From: Rebecca billardiae RCC1528
Taxonomy: Eukaryota; Protista; Haptophyta
Assembly: GCA_965240325.2 (NCBI GenBank)
Contig: OZ251248.1
Span: forward strand, 868,001-932,000
Length of the DNA: 64,000 nucleotides
Direction: 5' to 3'
Below are positions 24,860 through 37,900 of the stretch, one piece after another. Numbering within the stretch: position 1 is the first letter of the stretch; each line of letters starts with the position of its first letter. A program made the position numbers and the translations under genes. The notes below the pieces were generated by a model. The model was not told where the DNA came from. It was given only the letters and a program-made list of their open reading frames with translations, and did no database searches.

Positions 24860-27166
24860 CCGGCTGGGCGCAGACAGCGCAGCGCCGGGTGGCAGCGACT
24901 CACCAGCGCGCTGGGCGAGGCGAGCAGCGTCACCGCGCTCGGTGCGCCCAGCGCCCAGGCTCCTCGGGCGCGCACCACCGAGCTGCCAGCTGCAGCGACC
25001 GCCGCCGCCCGCCGTGTCACCATCCCTGCTGCTGCCGCCGCACTCGGCGCGGAGTCGAGCGCAGCTGCTGCTGCCCAAGCTGGGCGCGGGCGCAGCAGCG
25101 CCCGATGGCAGCGGCTCGAGCGCGCTGGGCGAGGCGAGCAGCGTCACCGCGCTCGGTGCGCCCAGCGCCCAGGCTCCTCGGGCGCGCACCACCGAGCTGC
25201 CAGCTCCAGCGACTGCCACAGCCCGCCGTGGCACCATCCCTGCTGCTGCCGCCGCACTCGGCGCGGAGTCGAGCGCAGCTGCTGCTGCCCCGGCTGGGCG
25301 CGGGCGCAGCGGCGCCCGGTGGCAGCGGCTCGAGCGCGCTGGGCGAGGCGAGCAGCGTCACCGCGCTCGGTGCGCCCAGCGCCCAGGCCCATCGGGCAGG
25401 CACCAACGAGCTTTCAGCTGCAGCGACCCCCGCCGCCCGCCGTGGCACCATCCCTGCTGCTGCCGCCGCACGCGGCGCGGAGTCGAGCGCAGCTGCTGCT
25501 GCCCCGGCTGGGCGCGGGCGCAGCAGCGCCCGATGGCAGCGGCTCCAGCGCGCTGGGCGAGGCGAGCAGCGTCACCGCGCTCGGTGCGCCCAGCGCCCAG
25601 GCTCCTCGGGCGCGCACCACCGAGCTGCCAGCTCCAGCGACCGCCGCCGCCCGCCGTGGCACCATCCCTGCTGCTGCCGCCGCACTCGGCGCGGAGTCGA
25701 GCGCAGCTGCTGCTGCCCAAGCTGGGCGCGGGCGCAGCCGCGCCCGGTGGCAGCGGCTCGAGCGCGCTGGGCGAGGCGAGCAGCGTCACCGCGCTCGGTG
25801 CGCCCAGCGCCCAGGCTCCTCGGGCGCACACCACCGAGCTGCCAGCTCCAGCGACCGCCGCCGCCCGCCGTGGCACCATCCCTGCTGCTGCCGCCGCACT
25901 CGGCGCGGAGTCGAGCGCAGCTGCTGCTGCCCAAGCTGGGCGCGGGCAGCGCAGCGCCCGATGGCAGCGGCTCCAGCGCGTTGGGCGAGGCGAGCAGCGT
26001 CACCGCGCTCGGTGCGCCCAGCGCCCAGGCTCCTCGGGCGCGCACCACCGAGCTGCCAGCTCCAGCGACCGCCGCCGCCCGCCGTGTCACCATCCCTGCT
26101 GCTGCCGCCGCACTCGGCGCGGAGTCGAGCGCAGCTGCTGCTGCCCAAGCTGGGCGCGGGCAGCGCAGCGCCCGATGGCAGCGGCTCCAGCGCGTTGGGC
26201 GAGGCGAGCAGCGTCACCGCGCTCGGTGCGCCCAGCGCCCAGGCTCCACGGGCGCGCACCACCGAGCTGCCAGCTCCAGCGACCGCCGCCGCCCGCCGTG
26301 TCACCATCCCTGCTGCTGCCGCCGCACTCGGCGCGGAGTCGAGCGCAGCTGCTGCTGCCCAAGCTGGGCGCGGGCGCAGCGGCGCCCGGTGGCAGCGGCT
26401 CCAGCGCGTTGGGCGAGGCGAGCAGCGTCACCGCGCTCGGTGCGCCCAGCGCCCAGGCTCCTCGGGCGCACACCACCGAGCTGCCAGCTCCAGCGACCGC
26501 CGCCGCCCGCCGTGGCACCATCCCCGCTGCTGCCGCCGCACTCGGCGCGGAGTCGAGCGCAGCTGCTGCTGCCCCGGCTGGGCGCGGGCGCAGCAGCGCC
26601 CGATGGCAGCGGCTCCAGCGCGTTGGGCGAGGCGAGCAGCGTCACCGCGCTCGGTGCGCCCAGCGCCCAGGCTCCTCGGGCGCGCACCACCGAGCTGCCA
26701 GCTCCAGCGACCGCCGCCGCCCGCCGTGTCACCATCCCTGCTGCTGCCGCCGCACTCGGCGCGGAGTCGAGCGCAGCTGCTGCTGCCCAAGCTGGGCGCG
26801 GGCGCAGCGGCGCCCGGTGGCAGCGGCTCCAGCGCGTTGGGCGAGGCGAGCAGCGTCACCGCGCTCGGTGCGCCCAGCGCCCAGGCTCCTCGGGCGCACA
26901 CCACCGAGCTGCCAGCTCCAGCGACCGCCGCCGCCCGCCGTGGCACCATCCCCGCTGCTGCCGCCGCACTCGGCGCGGAGTCGAGCGCAGCTGCTGCTGC
27001 CCCGGCTGGGCGCGGGCGCAGCAGCGCCCGATGGCAGCGGCTCGCGCGCGCTGGGCGAAGCGAGCAGCCACACCGCGCTCGGCGCGTTCGTCGCCTAGGC
27101 CCCTCGGGCGCGCACCGCCGAGCTGACAGCTGCGTCGACCGCCGCCGCCCGCCGTGGCACCATCCC
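24860..27166 (-). repeat. 214-bp tandem satellite array, ~11 units, inverted (right foldback arm)
   Basis: Reverse complement of the left array; the same peptides appear on the opposite strand in the ORF track. Confidence 0.92.
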
Positions 27167-29262
27167 TGCAGCTGTGTGGCCGCATGAGCAGCGTGGAGTT
27201 GAGTACCGCCGCTGTTGGCGCGGGTGCTTGAAGCAGCACCGGATGGTTGGTCCTGCACGCCTGAGCACAGTTATGCACCAACTGCTCTCCTGGATGCGTT
27301 GAGAGACCAGGGCTCACCATCCGTGATCCGTGCTCAGCCTCTCAGCCTCGCTGAGCAGAGCAGCACCTCACCCGCTCGCAGCTGCGGCGGTGCCGTCTCC
27401 GCTTGCTGTCCGACAGCAAGTAGAGGACAGCATGCCAGCACCAGTGGGCACCGCCGATGCGTGTTCGGTGCCTGTGAGTATTCGCCTTAGCTCGGCCGCC
27501 ACTGCATGGTGGGCGATGATGAGGTGAGTGCCAGCACAGGTCACGGCCGCGAGCAAGGGTGATGTGCACCGGTGTGGAGGCATGTACGAACGTACCGGTG
27601 GCCCCTGCTGCTTGCCGGCCTTGCCCCCTCCTTCTCGACCTTGGTTGCCTTCTCAACGCGCCGCTCCCACGCATGAGCTCTGCGACGCCGTCGGCCCTGC
27701 CCACCGGCGGCCCGCAGGCGGTGACGCCCCGCCTGTGCTGTGGACAGCTGCCCCATGCTGAGCCAAGTTGCAGCCGGCCGCAGTGCGTCCCCGTGCACAC
27801 GCAAACTGGGCGATTCGGCCCAGTTTGCGATGGCACGGCCGCAGTGGGCGCGTGCCATCTGAAACTGAGGCTTTTCCCCAGTTTACTGACCCGCGAAGCC
27901 CCCCACTGTGCCATCGCAAACTGGGCCAAAAGCCCCAGTTTCAGCTGGCATCCGCCACTGCAGAGCGCCAGACCTTATTGCCGATGCTCGTAGTCCAATG
28001 CAAGATGATACCCGCGTGCCAATATCAGCGCGCCCCTTTGCTCGTGAAATGTCTAGCGAGAAAGTGGCGGATCGTGTGAATGTGAAGTGTGAACTCGCGA
28101 CACGACGAATGGGCCGATGCGATTCGCGCGAATGTGAGTACGCAAAGCGCCGAACGACGAGCGGCTTTTGACCGAACGACGAGCGGCTTTTGTCCTATCG
28201 AGCGCGTAAGCGGGTACGCGAATTGCGCTTATGTGACCCGGTGGGCCGGTGGTGAGTGGGGCGTCAAATATGGGTTGGCGCTGCGCGTCAACTTGGGCTG
28301 GAAACCTGTTTCTGAAACGCATGATGGCACGCCGGGCCGGTAGCCCGAGCTCGGAATTCCGACGCTGCCAACGGCGCCACAGGGGCGCAGCGGCGGGGCT
28401 GACGACGCGCGCGCGTGTGCACGTCTGACCATGGAGTGCGCGCTGCAATGACTGGCCCGTCCGCAGCACCACGCCCCGCGCTGTGAGTGAGAGTGTGGCC
28501 CGCGCCCAAGCGAGAACGCGGGCCGGGCGACACTCCGCCGACCTCGCCGGCCGCCGACCAGCCCGCGGCCGCCTGCTGCAGCTCGTGGAACACGCAGTCG
28601 CGCGCTCGCGCGTGGAGGGCGGACCTGCGCGTATGCGCCCGCCGGGCTTGCCGCTTCATCCGCTGGCACCGCAGTGCAGGTCGAGCCGTCCGCCGCCCAC
28701 CGAGCCGGCGCCACGCCTCGCGCTCGTGCTCGAGCTGAGGCGGCGGCGTGTCGCCCGAGCCGGCGGGGTCGCGCGCGTGCGCGTGGTGGGCAGCCTCGCG
28801 CGTGCGCCCGCCGCGCGCCCCGCGTCTCTCGCTTGGCGCCGCACGCGAGCCGCTCGTCGCGCGACCGAACGAGACGTCAACGCAAGGGCGACCCTTGGAA
28901 TGGCGTGGGCTCTCCGCCTTGTCGTCCTTCACGGGACGTCGTCGATGCGAGGCCGCGCGAGGTTGCTCCGATGCTCGTAGTCCAATGCAAGATGATACCC
29001 GCGTGCCACTATCAGCGCGCCCCTTTGCTCGTGAATTGTCTAGAGAAAGTGACGGATCGTGTGAATGTGAAGTGTGAACTCGCGACACGACGAATGCGCC
29101 GATGCGATTCGCGCGAATGTGAGTACGCAAAGCGCCGAACGACGAGCGGTGTTTTACCGAACGACGAGCGGTTTTTGTTCTATCGGGCGCCTAGGCGGGT
29201 ACGCGAAATGCGCTTATGTGACCGACAAACAGACAGACAGACGGGTTAGGGGGGCGTCAAAA

Positions 29263-29392
29263 AAAGGCCTGCGACGGGCTGGTCCCCAGCGTGAAGTCGT
29301 GCCTTTGTTCTCGTGGGTTTCCAGAATAAAGGCCCGCGACGGGCTGGTCCCCAGCGTGAAGTCGTGCCTTTGTTCTCGTGGGTTTCCAGAAT
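29263..29392 (+). repeat. 65-bp tandem duplication upstream of calmodulin 1
   Basis: gcgacgggctggtccccagcgtgaagtcgtgcctttgttctcgtgggtttccagaat at 29271 and 29336. Confidence 0.85.
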
Positions 29393-29500
29393 TTTCAGAA
29401 TTCAGATTCTGCCGAATAATCATGCGGCAAACGGTCGCCGCTTGCCAACAGTACTCACTTGTATGAACTAATAGCAAATGTTACTCACGATTCCTTATGA

Positions 29501-30348
<848 letters not shown>

Positions 30349-30917
30349 ACAGTGCTACCCGACCGCGGGGCTCATGACTGAATGGGTTTCAGTCAATCCG
30401 AGTTTGCCGCGCGACTGCCGCCGTCGGACTCCAGCTGCGGCGCGCCAACCAGTGCGCGCGGGCTCGCTGCAGGCTCTGTCTGATCGTAACGTGTAAGTAA
30501 CAATAGCACCTATGTATGTGACACACGTGTGACTACACCGAGTATTCTATTCAGGCTACTGCGTCGGCCCGGTCCTGTGCAGGCTGCATGAGCCCGCGCC
30601 GCGAGCCCAGCCCGCCCCCGCCGGCCCCCGCCCCCGGGGCCGGGCCCGGCCCCGACGGCCCCCGAGGCCCGCGAGGGCGAGGGCGAGGCCGGCCCGGGCC
30701 ATCACAAGCTGGGTCTAGATAGCTCTTAAGAATGACAACAAGGCAGCGCGCTGCCGACTGAACCGTCCCGCGGCGCTGTCGATTGAACGACAGCAAGCGC
30801 GCGTGCCAGGGCCGTGAGGGCGCCAGCGTCAATCGAACTCGTCGCGGGGCAACGTGATCAGACAGATCGGCCTCGCCAGCGGTGCGCGCCCCGGGCCCGG
30901 CGGAGAGGCTGGGTCGC

Positions 30918-31607
<690 letters not shown>

Positions 31608-32362
31608 TCAACGGTGGGGAGGGAGGGGCAAGGAACCGCGCGGCGACCGCTGCAAAGGGGCGCCCCCGTACCGGCCCGAGCAACGGGCGAGCACCCGAGC
31701 GAACGAGTGGACACGCGGTGCCCAATCAAAAACGAACGCGCGGGTGTGGTCACTGGATCCGGTACAACCGGACTCTCGCCAGTGGCAACATGCCGCCCGG
31801 CTCGTCGCCCAAACGCACCTCGGGCATGTACACAGCGATTGAAAGGGCATGCGCCGCTTCGGCATGCTGTCATTCGTCGCGTCCGACACCTCAGTTGCCC
31901 GACGCGCGATCTCGCGGCTTTCCAACGCCACAGCTTGCATGCGATGCTCTTTGCACGCCCGTAACAGGTGCCTGAGGTGGCGCCTGCGTGCTTACGCCAC
32001 TGGAGTAGCAATACGCCACGCTGTTGCCACTCTGAAACGGCGGAGACGGCTTGCTCACTACTCTGGCTCACGGCGGCTGGTTAGACCCAAATCCCTGCCG
32101 CCGGGTTCGCCCTCCCCAGCGGTCGCGCCGCCGCGCGAGAACGCGACGTGGGAACGCGAGGACGTCGCTGCGCGCGCGGTGCACCCGTGGTGCGCCGAGT
32201 AAGAAAATATGAGTATTGCTGCCCTCTGCCGGCACTCGTCCCCTCATAGGCTCGATGAGAAGCTGCACTCAGAGGCCGAGCTGCGCCCTAGCCCCCGGTG
32301 CACCCGGTGGGCAGCGTGCACATGCGTGGACTGCGTGCTCTGCGCAATGTCTGGAGACTGAG

Positions 32363-32450
32363 TGACATCACGTGACGTCATGACGCGTAACGCTGTGCGT
32401 TACGCGTGATGACGGCACGTGACGTCAAATATGACGTCACGACGTGACGC
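32363..32450. promoter_or_regulatory. Palindromic cluster of TGACGTCA and CACGTG motifs (bZIP/bHLH-type sites)
   Basis: TGACGTCA at 32373, 32420 and 32432; CACGTG at 32369 and 32416. 32363-32427 forms a near-perfect 65-bp inverted repeat with a 3-nt loop. Confidence 0.4.
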
Positions 32451-33048
32451 CAGGAATGGCGTATCGTGACGGCCGGACAGCGCTCTGTCCATGCGGCACA
32501 CCCGCACCCACGTACTGTCCCACAGGCAGCTCGGCGGCCGGCGCGCGCGGCGCCGCACCATCGGGCGGCCGCGCGGCCGCACACTGCCCCTGGCCCGCCG
32601 CCCCGGGCTCAGAAGAGCGGCTACTTTCAGCGGTAGTCGATGCAGATGGCCACAATACTACCGGCCACTGCGTCCAGTAGCAGCAGCACGCCCGCCCTGC
32701 TCGACCAGTACCTGTCGTGTCGAACCTGCACGTTACGCGCCTTCTGTTATTACGGCAGCCTGTGCCTCCCGACCGGGAGCCTCTGACGCGGCGCCTCGTG
32801 ACGACATATGTATCTAGCCTGTATAATACCGAAGAAACGGTCCCCACAAGAGTGCATGCCGGCATTACGAGCAGAATACGCGCAAAACGTGTTACGTCAC
32901 GGCGCGACGACAGAAATGCTCGTCATGCAGCGTAATAGCCCAGCCTTGCCTCTGTCTGCACTCTGCCCCGCCGGCGTCTCTAGGGCGAGTTGATGCTCAG
33001 TGGCACGGCTGTCTGCTGGCAGTGTACGTCCTCAGGTTGCCGACCACG

Positions 33049-33592
33049 ATGAGCTCCTTATCAGTACAATCAGTACGTGGTACTGATAGCGTTTACTCCT
33101 GCAGACACGCTAGAATGATGCTCACATGAAGCTACGAACGCTTGCGTCGCCGCAAATGGACCCAAGAAGGGCATGGACCTCTTCCCAACCCGACGTCACC
33201 CGGTGTAGTGGCGTCGCGCGCGCGCGCGCGCACACGCGTACGGCGCGTACTGATATCTTACTGACAACGTCCATAAGTACGGTCGCCGCGGGTGCAATGC
33301 ACGCGTGCACACGCTCACAACGGGGTCGCTGACGGCTCTGCGCGTGCACAGGGTGGCTCCCACCTTTGGCAGGGCTGGCTCACAGCACCATGCCGCGAAA
33401 TCCGCTCTGTTTTGAATCGTGCACGCCATCGTGGGCGACAGCTCCGCTAGCCGAGGCGACAGCCATGCTGAAATCTGGTTGCAAGCCGCACGACGCCCGA
33501 CCACAAGGGCTCGCCGCGAGCGATCGCCGGGGACGATAGCGCTTATCAGTACGAGGTACTTATAAGAGTACTTATAGTACTGATAAGCTCAT
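33049..33592. mobile_element. Possible MITE (~545 bp)
   Basis: Imperfect termini atgagctccttatcagtac / gtactgataagctcat, with internal tcagtac/gtactga copies and a hairpin at 33541-33588. No clear TSD. Confidence 0.35.
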
Positions 33593-33970
33593 AGCCGACT
33601 TGCGAGTGCAGGCACAGGCCTGATAGCAGTATGCAAACGCCTAGCCGACGCCTACGAGTGTGCGCCCTGCACGGTCTGACCACATCATAATGCATGGGCA
33701 CAGTGCACGTGCGTACGCGGTGTCGAGCTGGATCCAAGATTCCAAGCTGTGACGCCTTTGCGCACACAGCTCGCATTGGCGGAGAGAGGCAAGAAGCAAA
33801 CGCCGAGGCGTACAGTAACGGGGCCAGGGGGCCTCCTCATGATCTTGGGTGACTGCCGTGAGTGACTCCCGGCTTCTCGTCGCGTTCGGGCTCCCTTCCA
33901 GAATCCCCACCGCTTCATCTGGACCCCCCTGGACCAGTCAAGGACGGTCCCTTGGACCAGTATTGACCAG

Positions 33971-34560
33971 TATGGAGCGCTCGTTGGAACTTGATCCCGG
34001 TTTGGCGCCCACGCGGCGAGGGCGACGACGGGCGTACACGGGGCCCGCGATGGCGGGAAGCGCGCGGGTGTGGCCGAGAACGGCACGGTTCGGACGCCTC
34101 TCGCCAGCTGCGGACGCGCACCGCGCCTCCTCCTCGCACGCTGCTAACTTGATCCGGGGCCATGCGGTGTTTTGCTGCCGACCAGCTCAAGTTCCACGGC
34201 TGGTCAAGGTTCGGCTTGCGACCTCGCCGCTAGGTGCTTGCAAGAAGGTACACGAGTTGGCCGAACTCCCGCACACCCGCTCTGCGCTCGTCGACGCCCT
34301 CTGAAGGTGACTCGGGGTGCATGCGGGGCAGTGGAATGCAGTGGTTCGGCATTGACTCTCAGTCGTCCAGCGCGCAGACCACGTATAGCGCGGATGTGGT
34401 GCGCGCATGGCCCAGTAATGCGGTCGCGACATGTCTGCCTGGTCTACCCAAGGCCTGCCACACCGCGAAGCGAGCGCTCAGGAGCGTGTGCCGAGCGTGC
34501 CAGCCCCGCCGAGATGGGGCTAAGTTCCATCGCGGCTCAACTTCCAACGAGCGCTCCATA
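33971..34560. mobile_element. Possible MITE (~590 bp), TA-flanked
   Basis: tatggagcgctcgttggaa at 33971 and its exact reverse complement ttccaacgagcgctccata ending at 34560. The match extends imperfectly, and GGAACTTGA-like motifs recur inside. Confidence 0.5.
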
Positions 34561-34911
34561 CATACAACCGTACTTTAGTCAGCATTACAGCCCTTGATGA
34601 ATACGAAACAGGACGCCTCGGCCGCCGGTTTGATGCCATTATAGTAATCACGTAAACATTCGTAGTTGTTTATGACCAAGGCACCCATCAGGCGTGATGA
34701 GCAGATGAATACTCCTCGAATCATTTCAGTGAATTCAGGCCACAGCCGATTAATATCCGCGCGGGTGCGAACGTTCTAGCCTTATCAATTTTCCACCCTA
34801 ACCGTTATCCAATCTCCACTCCCTTGGGAGAATCAAGTGATCCACATGCGGGTACGTGCGACTGCCGCCCACAACGCACAAGCCTCAGCCTACGCAGAGC
34901 GGTAGGTAGAG

Positions 34912-37900
34912 ATGCCCCCTGCGGTGGGCCTGCTCGCGCTCGTCGCGACGACGGCGCCACATCCGGGGCCGCTGCTGCGTTTGGGCAGCGCGGGTGGCGT
35001 CTCGCGCATGTCGAGCGGCGCGCAACACACCTGCGTCCTCTACGACACTGGCCTCGCGAAGTGGTGCGCCGCGTCGCCGCGCGCGCGCGGCGCCGCTTCG
35101 CCCCGCCGCCCCGCTCTCCCCGTCCCGCGCGCGCTCTCCGCTCACGCGCCGGCCGCGCGGGGACACCCGCGGCGACGAGCAGCTTTGGGTACAATTCGGA
35201 TGGGCAGCTGGGCTACGACAGCACCGACGACATCGGCGACGCTCCCAACGAGCTCGGCGACGGCCTCCCGTTCCTCACCATGCCCACCAGCACCACGATC
35301 ACCGACCTCTCCACGGGCGCTGCGCACTCGTGCGCGGTGCTCTCGGACGCGACGATCCGATGGTGTGCGCCGGGCGTCGACGGGCGCGCGCGACGCCGGC
35401 GCGAACGCCCCGGGCGCTCAGACGACCCCCTCACACGCGCGCCGCGCCCGCGCTCGGCCGCAGCTGGGGGCGGAACGACAAGGGGCAGCTTGGGACGGGC
35501 GACACCACGTCCGCTGGAGATGGCTCAGGCCGTGCCATGGGCAACACGCTGCCGGCGGTCAACCTCGGCGGCTCAGCCACGCCGCAGGCCGTGCGCTGCG
35601 GGGAGTCGCACACGTGCGCGCTCACCACGATCTCGTCTGTTGTCGGCGTGCAGTGCTGGGGCCTGGGCGACAAGGGCCAGCTGGGGTACGAGGATTCGAA
35701 CGACCGGTTGACGCCCGGGGGCCACGTTTCCTTTGGCAGCGGCCTGACCGTCAGCTCGATCGACGCGCACCTGGGCATGCACAGCTGCGTGCTCTTTGCA
35801 GACGGCTCGGTCAAGTGGTGCGCGCGGCGCGCGCGCGCATGCGCGGCGCAGTGCACGGCGGTTGGCGCGCGAGCCGTGCGCGGCGGGTGCATCGGGCTTA
35901 GTGCGTGGGCGTGCGGTGCACTGGGCAGCGCGGGGGGCACGCCGCACGAACCGCACTGGGCGTTCGGGCGCGCGCAGCAGCCGTCGCACGGATGCATGGC
36001 AAGGATGGCCGCCGGCGAGGGCGGCTGTCTGTCCGCGCGTGCTGGGTTGCCCGTGGCTGTGTTGCCCGTGTCTGTCTCTGTGTCCGCGCGCGCGCCTCGA
36101 GCCTCCCTCACGCGCTCGCGCCGCGCGTGCCCCACGCGCACGATCCCGCGCGCAGCTGGGGCAACAACGGCGCAGGCCAGCTCGGCACGGGCGACTTCAA
36201 CACACGCGGCGACTCGGGGAGCTCGATGGGCGACGACCTGCCCGCGACGCTCTCCGCCGGCTCGGCGGACGAGGTGGCGGTCGGGGAGAAGCAATCGTGC
36301 GCACGCCTCACCGCCGGTGGCATCAAGTGCTGGGGCGACGGCGCGTCTGGGGCGCTGGGCAACGGCGGCAGCAACGTCGAGGACGACCCGTCGACCGTGT
36401 CGAGCTTCACGCTTGGTTCAGGCCTCGCACCCACCGCGCTCGGCCTCGGCTCCAAACACGGCTGTGTGATCGCAACGGGCGGTGTGCTCAAGTGGTGCGC
36501 GCTGCGCGCTGCGACTGCCCACCTCGCGCCACGCGGTCCCGGCCCGGGCCACCACGCCGCCCGAGGCGATCCAGCCGGCGTGCAGCTCACCGCAAACCCC
36601 CCGCCACGCCCCCCGCCTCACGCCAACCCCGGCTGGTCTGTGCGCGCTCTGCGGACGCGTCGGCGCCGCGCGCCCGCCATTGCCGCCATGTCGCCACGCG
36701 TGTGTGCAACCACGGGCGAACCTGTACACGCGATTCGACTGGCGGGCACACAGCTGGGGGGACGCATCCAAAGGGCAGATCGGCTCCGGCGACTCGTCGA
36801 ACCGTGGCGACTCTGGCGGCGAGATGGGCGACGCGCTCAAGCCAGTCAACCTCGGCACCGGCCGGACCACGGTGACAGTGAGCGCGGGGTCGTTCTTCAC
36901 TTGCGCCGCGACAGACGACGGCGGCATCCGATGGTGCGTGCGTGCGTGCGTGCGCGGAGTGGGTTGCGGGGGGGCGGGGCGCGCGGCCGCGCGGCGCGCC
37001 GGCCGCTGCGCGCGCGGATGGCAGCCCCTGCTCGCGGCAACGCGAGAGGTGGCACGAACCGGGGCCGCCGCACTTGGCACTACTGTGCGCGCAAGCGTGC
37101 CGCCTTGCTCTGACGGCATGCGCCTGCCCCGCGCGTGCACGCGGCCGCTTGGCGCGCGCGCGCTGCGCAGCTTCGGCGACTCGGCCAAGGGCCAGCTGGG
37201 CTCGGGCGACGACGTGCAGCGCGGGTCGACCGCTGGGACGATGGGGAACAGTCTGCCCGCGGTCGGGCTGACGCCGCCAACACCCCTTCCGCCACCCTTG
37301 CCGCCGCCCTCGCCGCCACCGAGCCCTCCGCCACCGAGCCCGCCGCCTTCGCCGCCGCCTTCGCCACCACCGTCGCCACCACCCAGCCCACCGCCCTCGC
37401 CTCCACCCAGCCCACCACCCTCGCCACCACCGAGCCCGCCACCGAGCCCGCCCCCATCGCCGCCTCCGAGCCCGCCGCCTCCGAGCCCGCCGCCCTCGCC
37501 GCCGCCATCACCGCCACCCTCGCCACCACCGAGCCCTCCGCCACCGAGCCCGCCGCCCTCGCCGCCGCCTTCGCCTCCACCGTCGCCACCACCCAGCCCG
37601 CCGCCGTCGCCGCCGCCCAGCCCGCCGCCCTCGCCGCCACCGAGCCCGCCACCGAGCCCGCCCCCATCGCCGCCCCCATCGCCGCCCCCGCCACGCCCGC
37701 CCCCGTCACCGCCGCCGAGCCCGCCGCCGAGCCCGCCACCGAGCCCGCCGCCGAGCCCGCCGCCGAGCCCGCCGCCATCACCTCCGCCAAGCCCACCTCC
37801 GAGCCCGCCGCCGAGCCCGCCGCCATCCCCACCACCATCGCCGCCACCGAGCCCGCCGCCTCCCAGCCCGCCGCCCTCGCCGCCGCCATCACCGCCGCCC

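Larger units (their letters stand above)
15775..27980. mobile_element. 12.2-kb non-autonomous foldback DNA transposon (CA..TG termini, 7-bp TSD, multi-kb inverted arms)
   Basis: Terminal 38 bp: left CAGCCAGGTTTGGCGCTCTGCAGTGGCGGATGCCAGCT (15775-15812) versus reverse complement of 27943-27980 CAATAAGGTCTGGCGCTCTGCAGTGGCGGATGCCAGCT, 34/38 identical. TSD CCGATGC at 15768-15774 and 27981-27987; the empty site is single-copy at 28968-28974. The inverted arms continue as 20428-~24430 versus ~24455-27942. No transposase ORF seen. Confidence 0.88.
15063..29260 (+). repeat. Tandem dimer of a ~1-kb non-coding unit; copy 1 is split by the foldback insertion
   Basis: 15063-15774 plus 27988-28267 matches 28268-~29260 nearly base for base (atatgggttggcgctgcgcgtca... 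ggttgctccgatgc|tcgtagtccaatgcaagatgatacc... gcgcttatgtgacc). Confidence 0.85.

Noticed and set aside
21120-27320. Long ORFs (622-833 aa) in the 214-bp arrays
   Set aside because: Stop-poor GC-rich satellite; the 214-bp period rotates frames and no domain motifs are present.
20428-27942. Whole palindrome as a pure fold-back sequencing chimera
   Set aside because: The arms differ in unit number and variants, only the left arm holds the nested insertion, and the right end resumes exactly at a 7-bp TSD matching an empty paralogous site. Only the centre remains suspect.
36482-37170. ORF-track N-terminus of the 6382-aa protein
   Set aside because: It starts out of frame at the end of exon 4 and reads through two introns (the 237-nt one is in frame); the spliced model from 34912 restores intact RCC1 blades.
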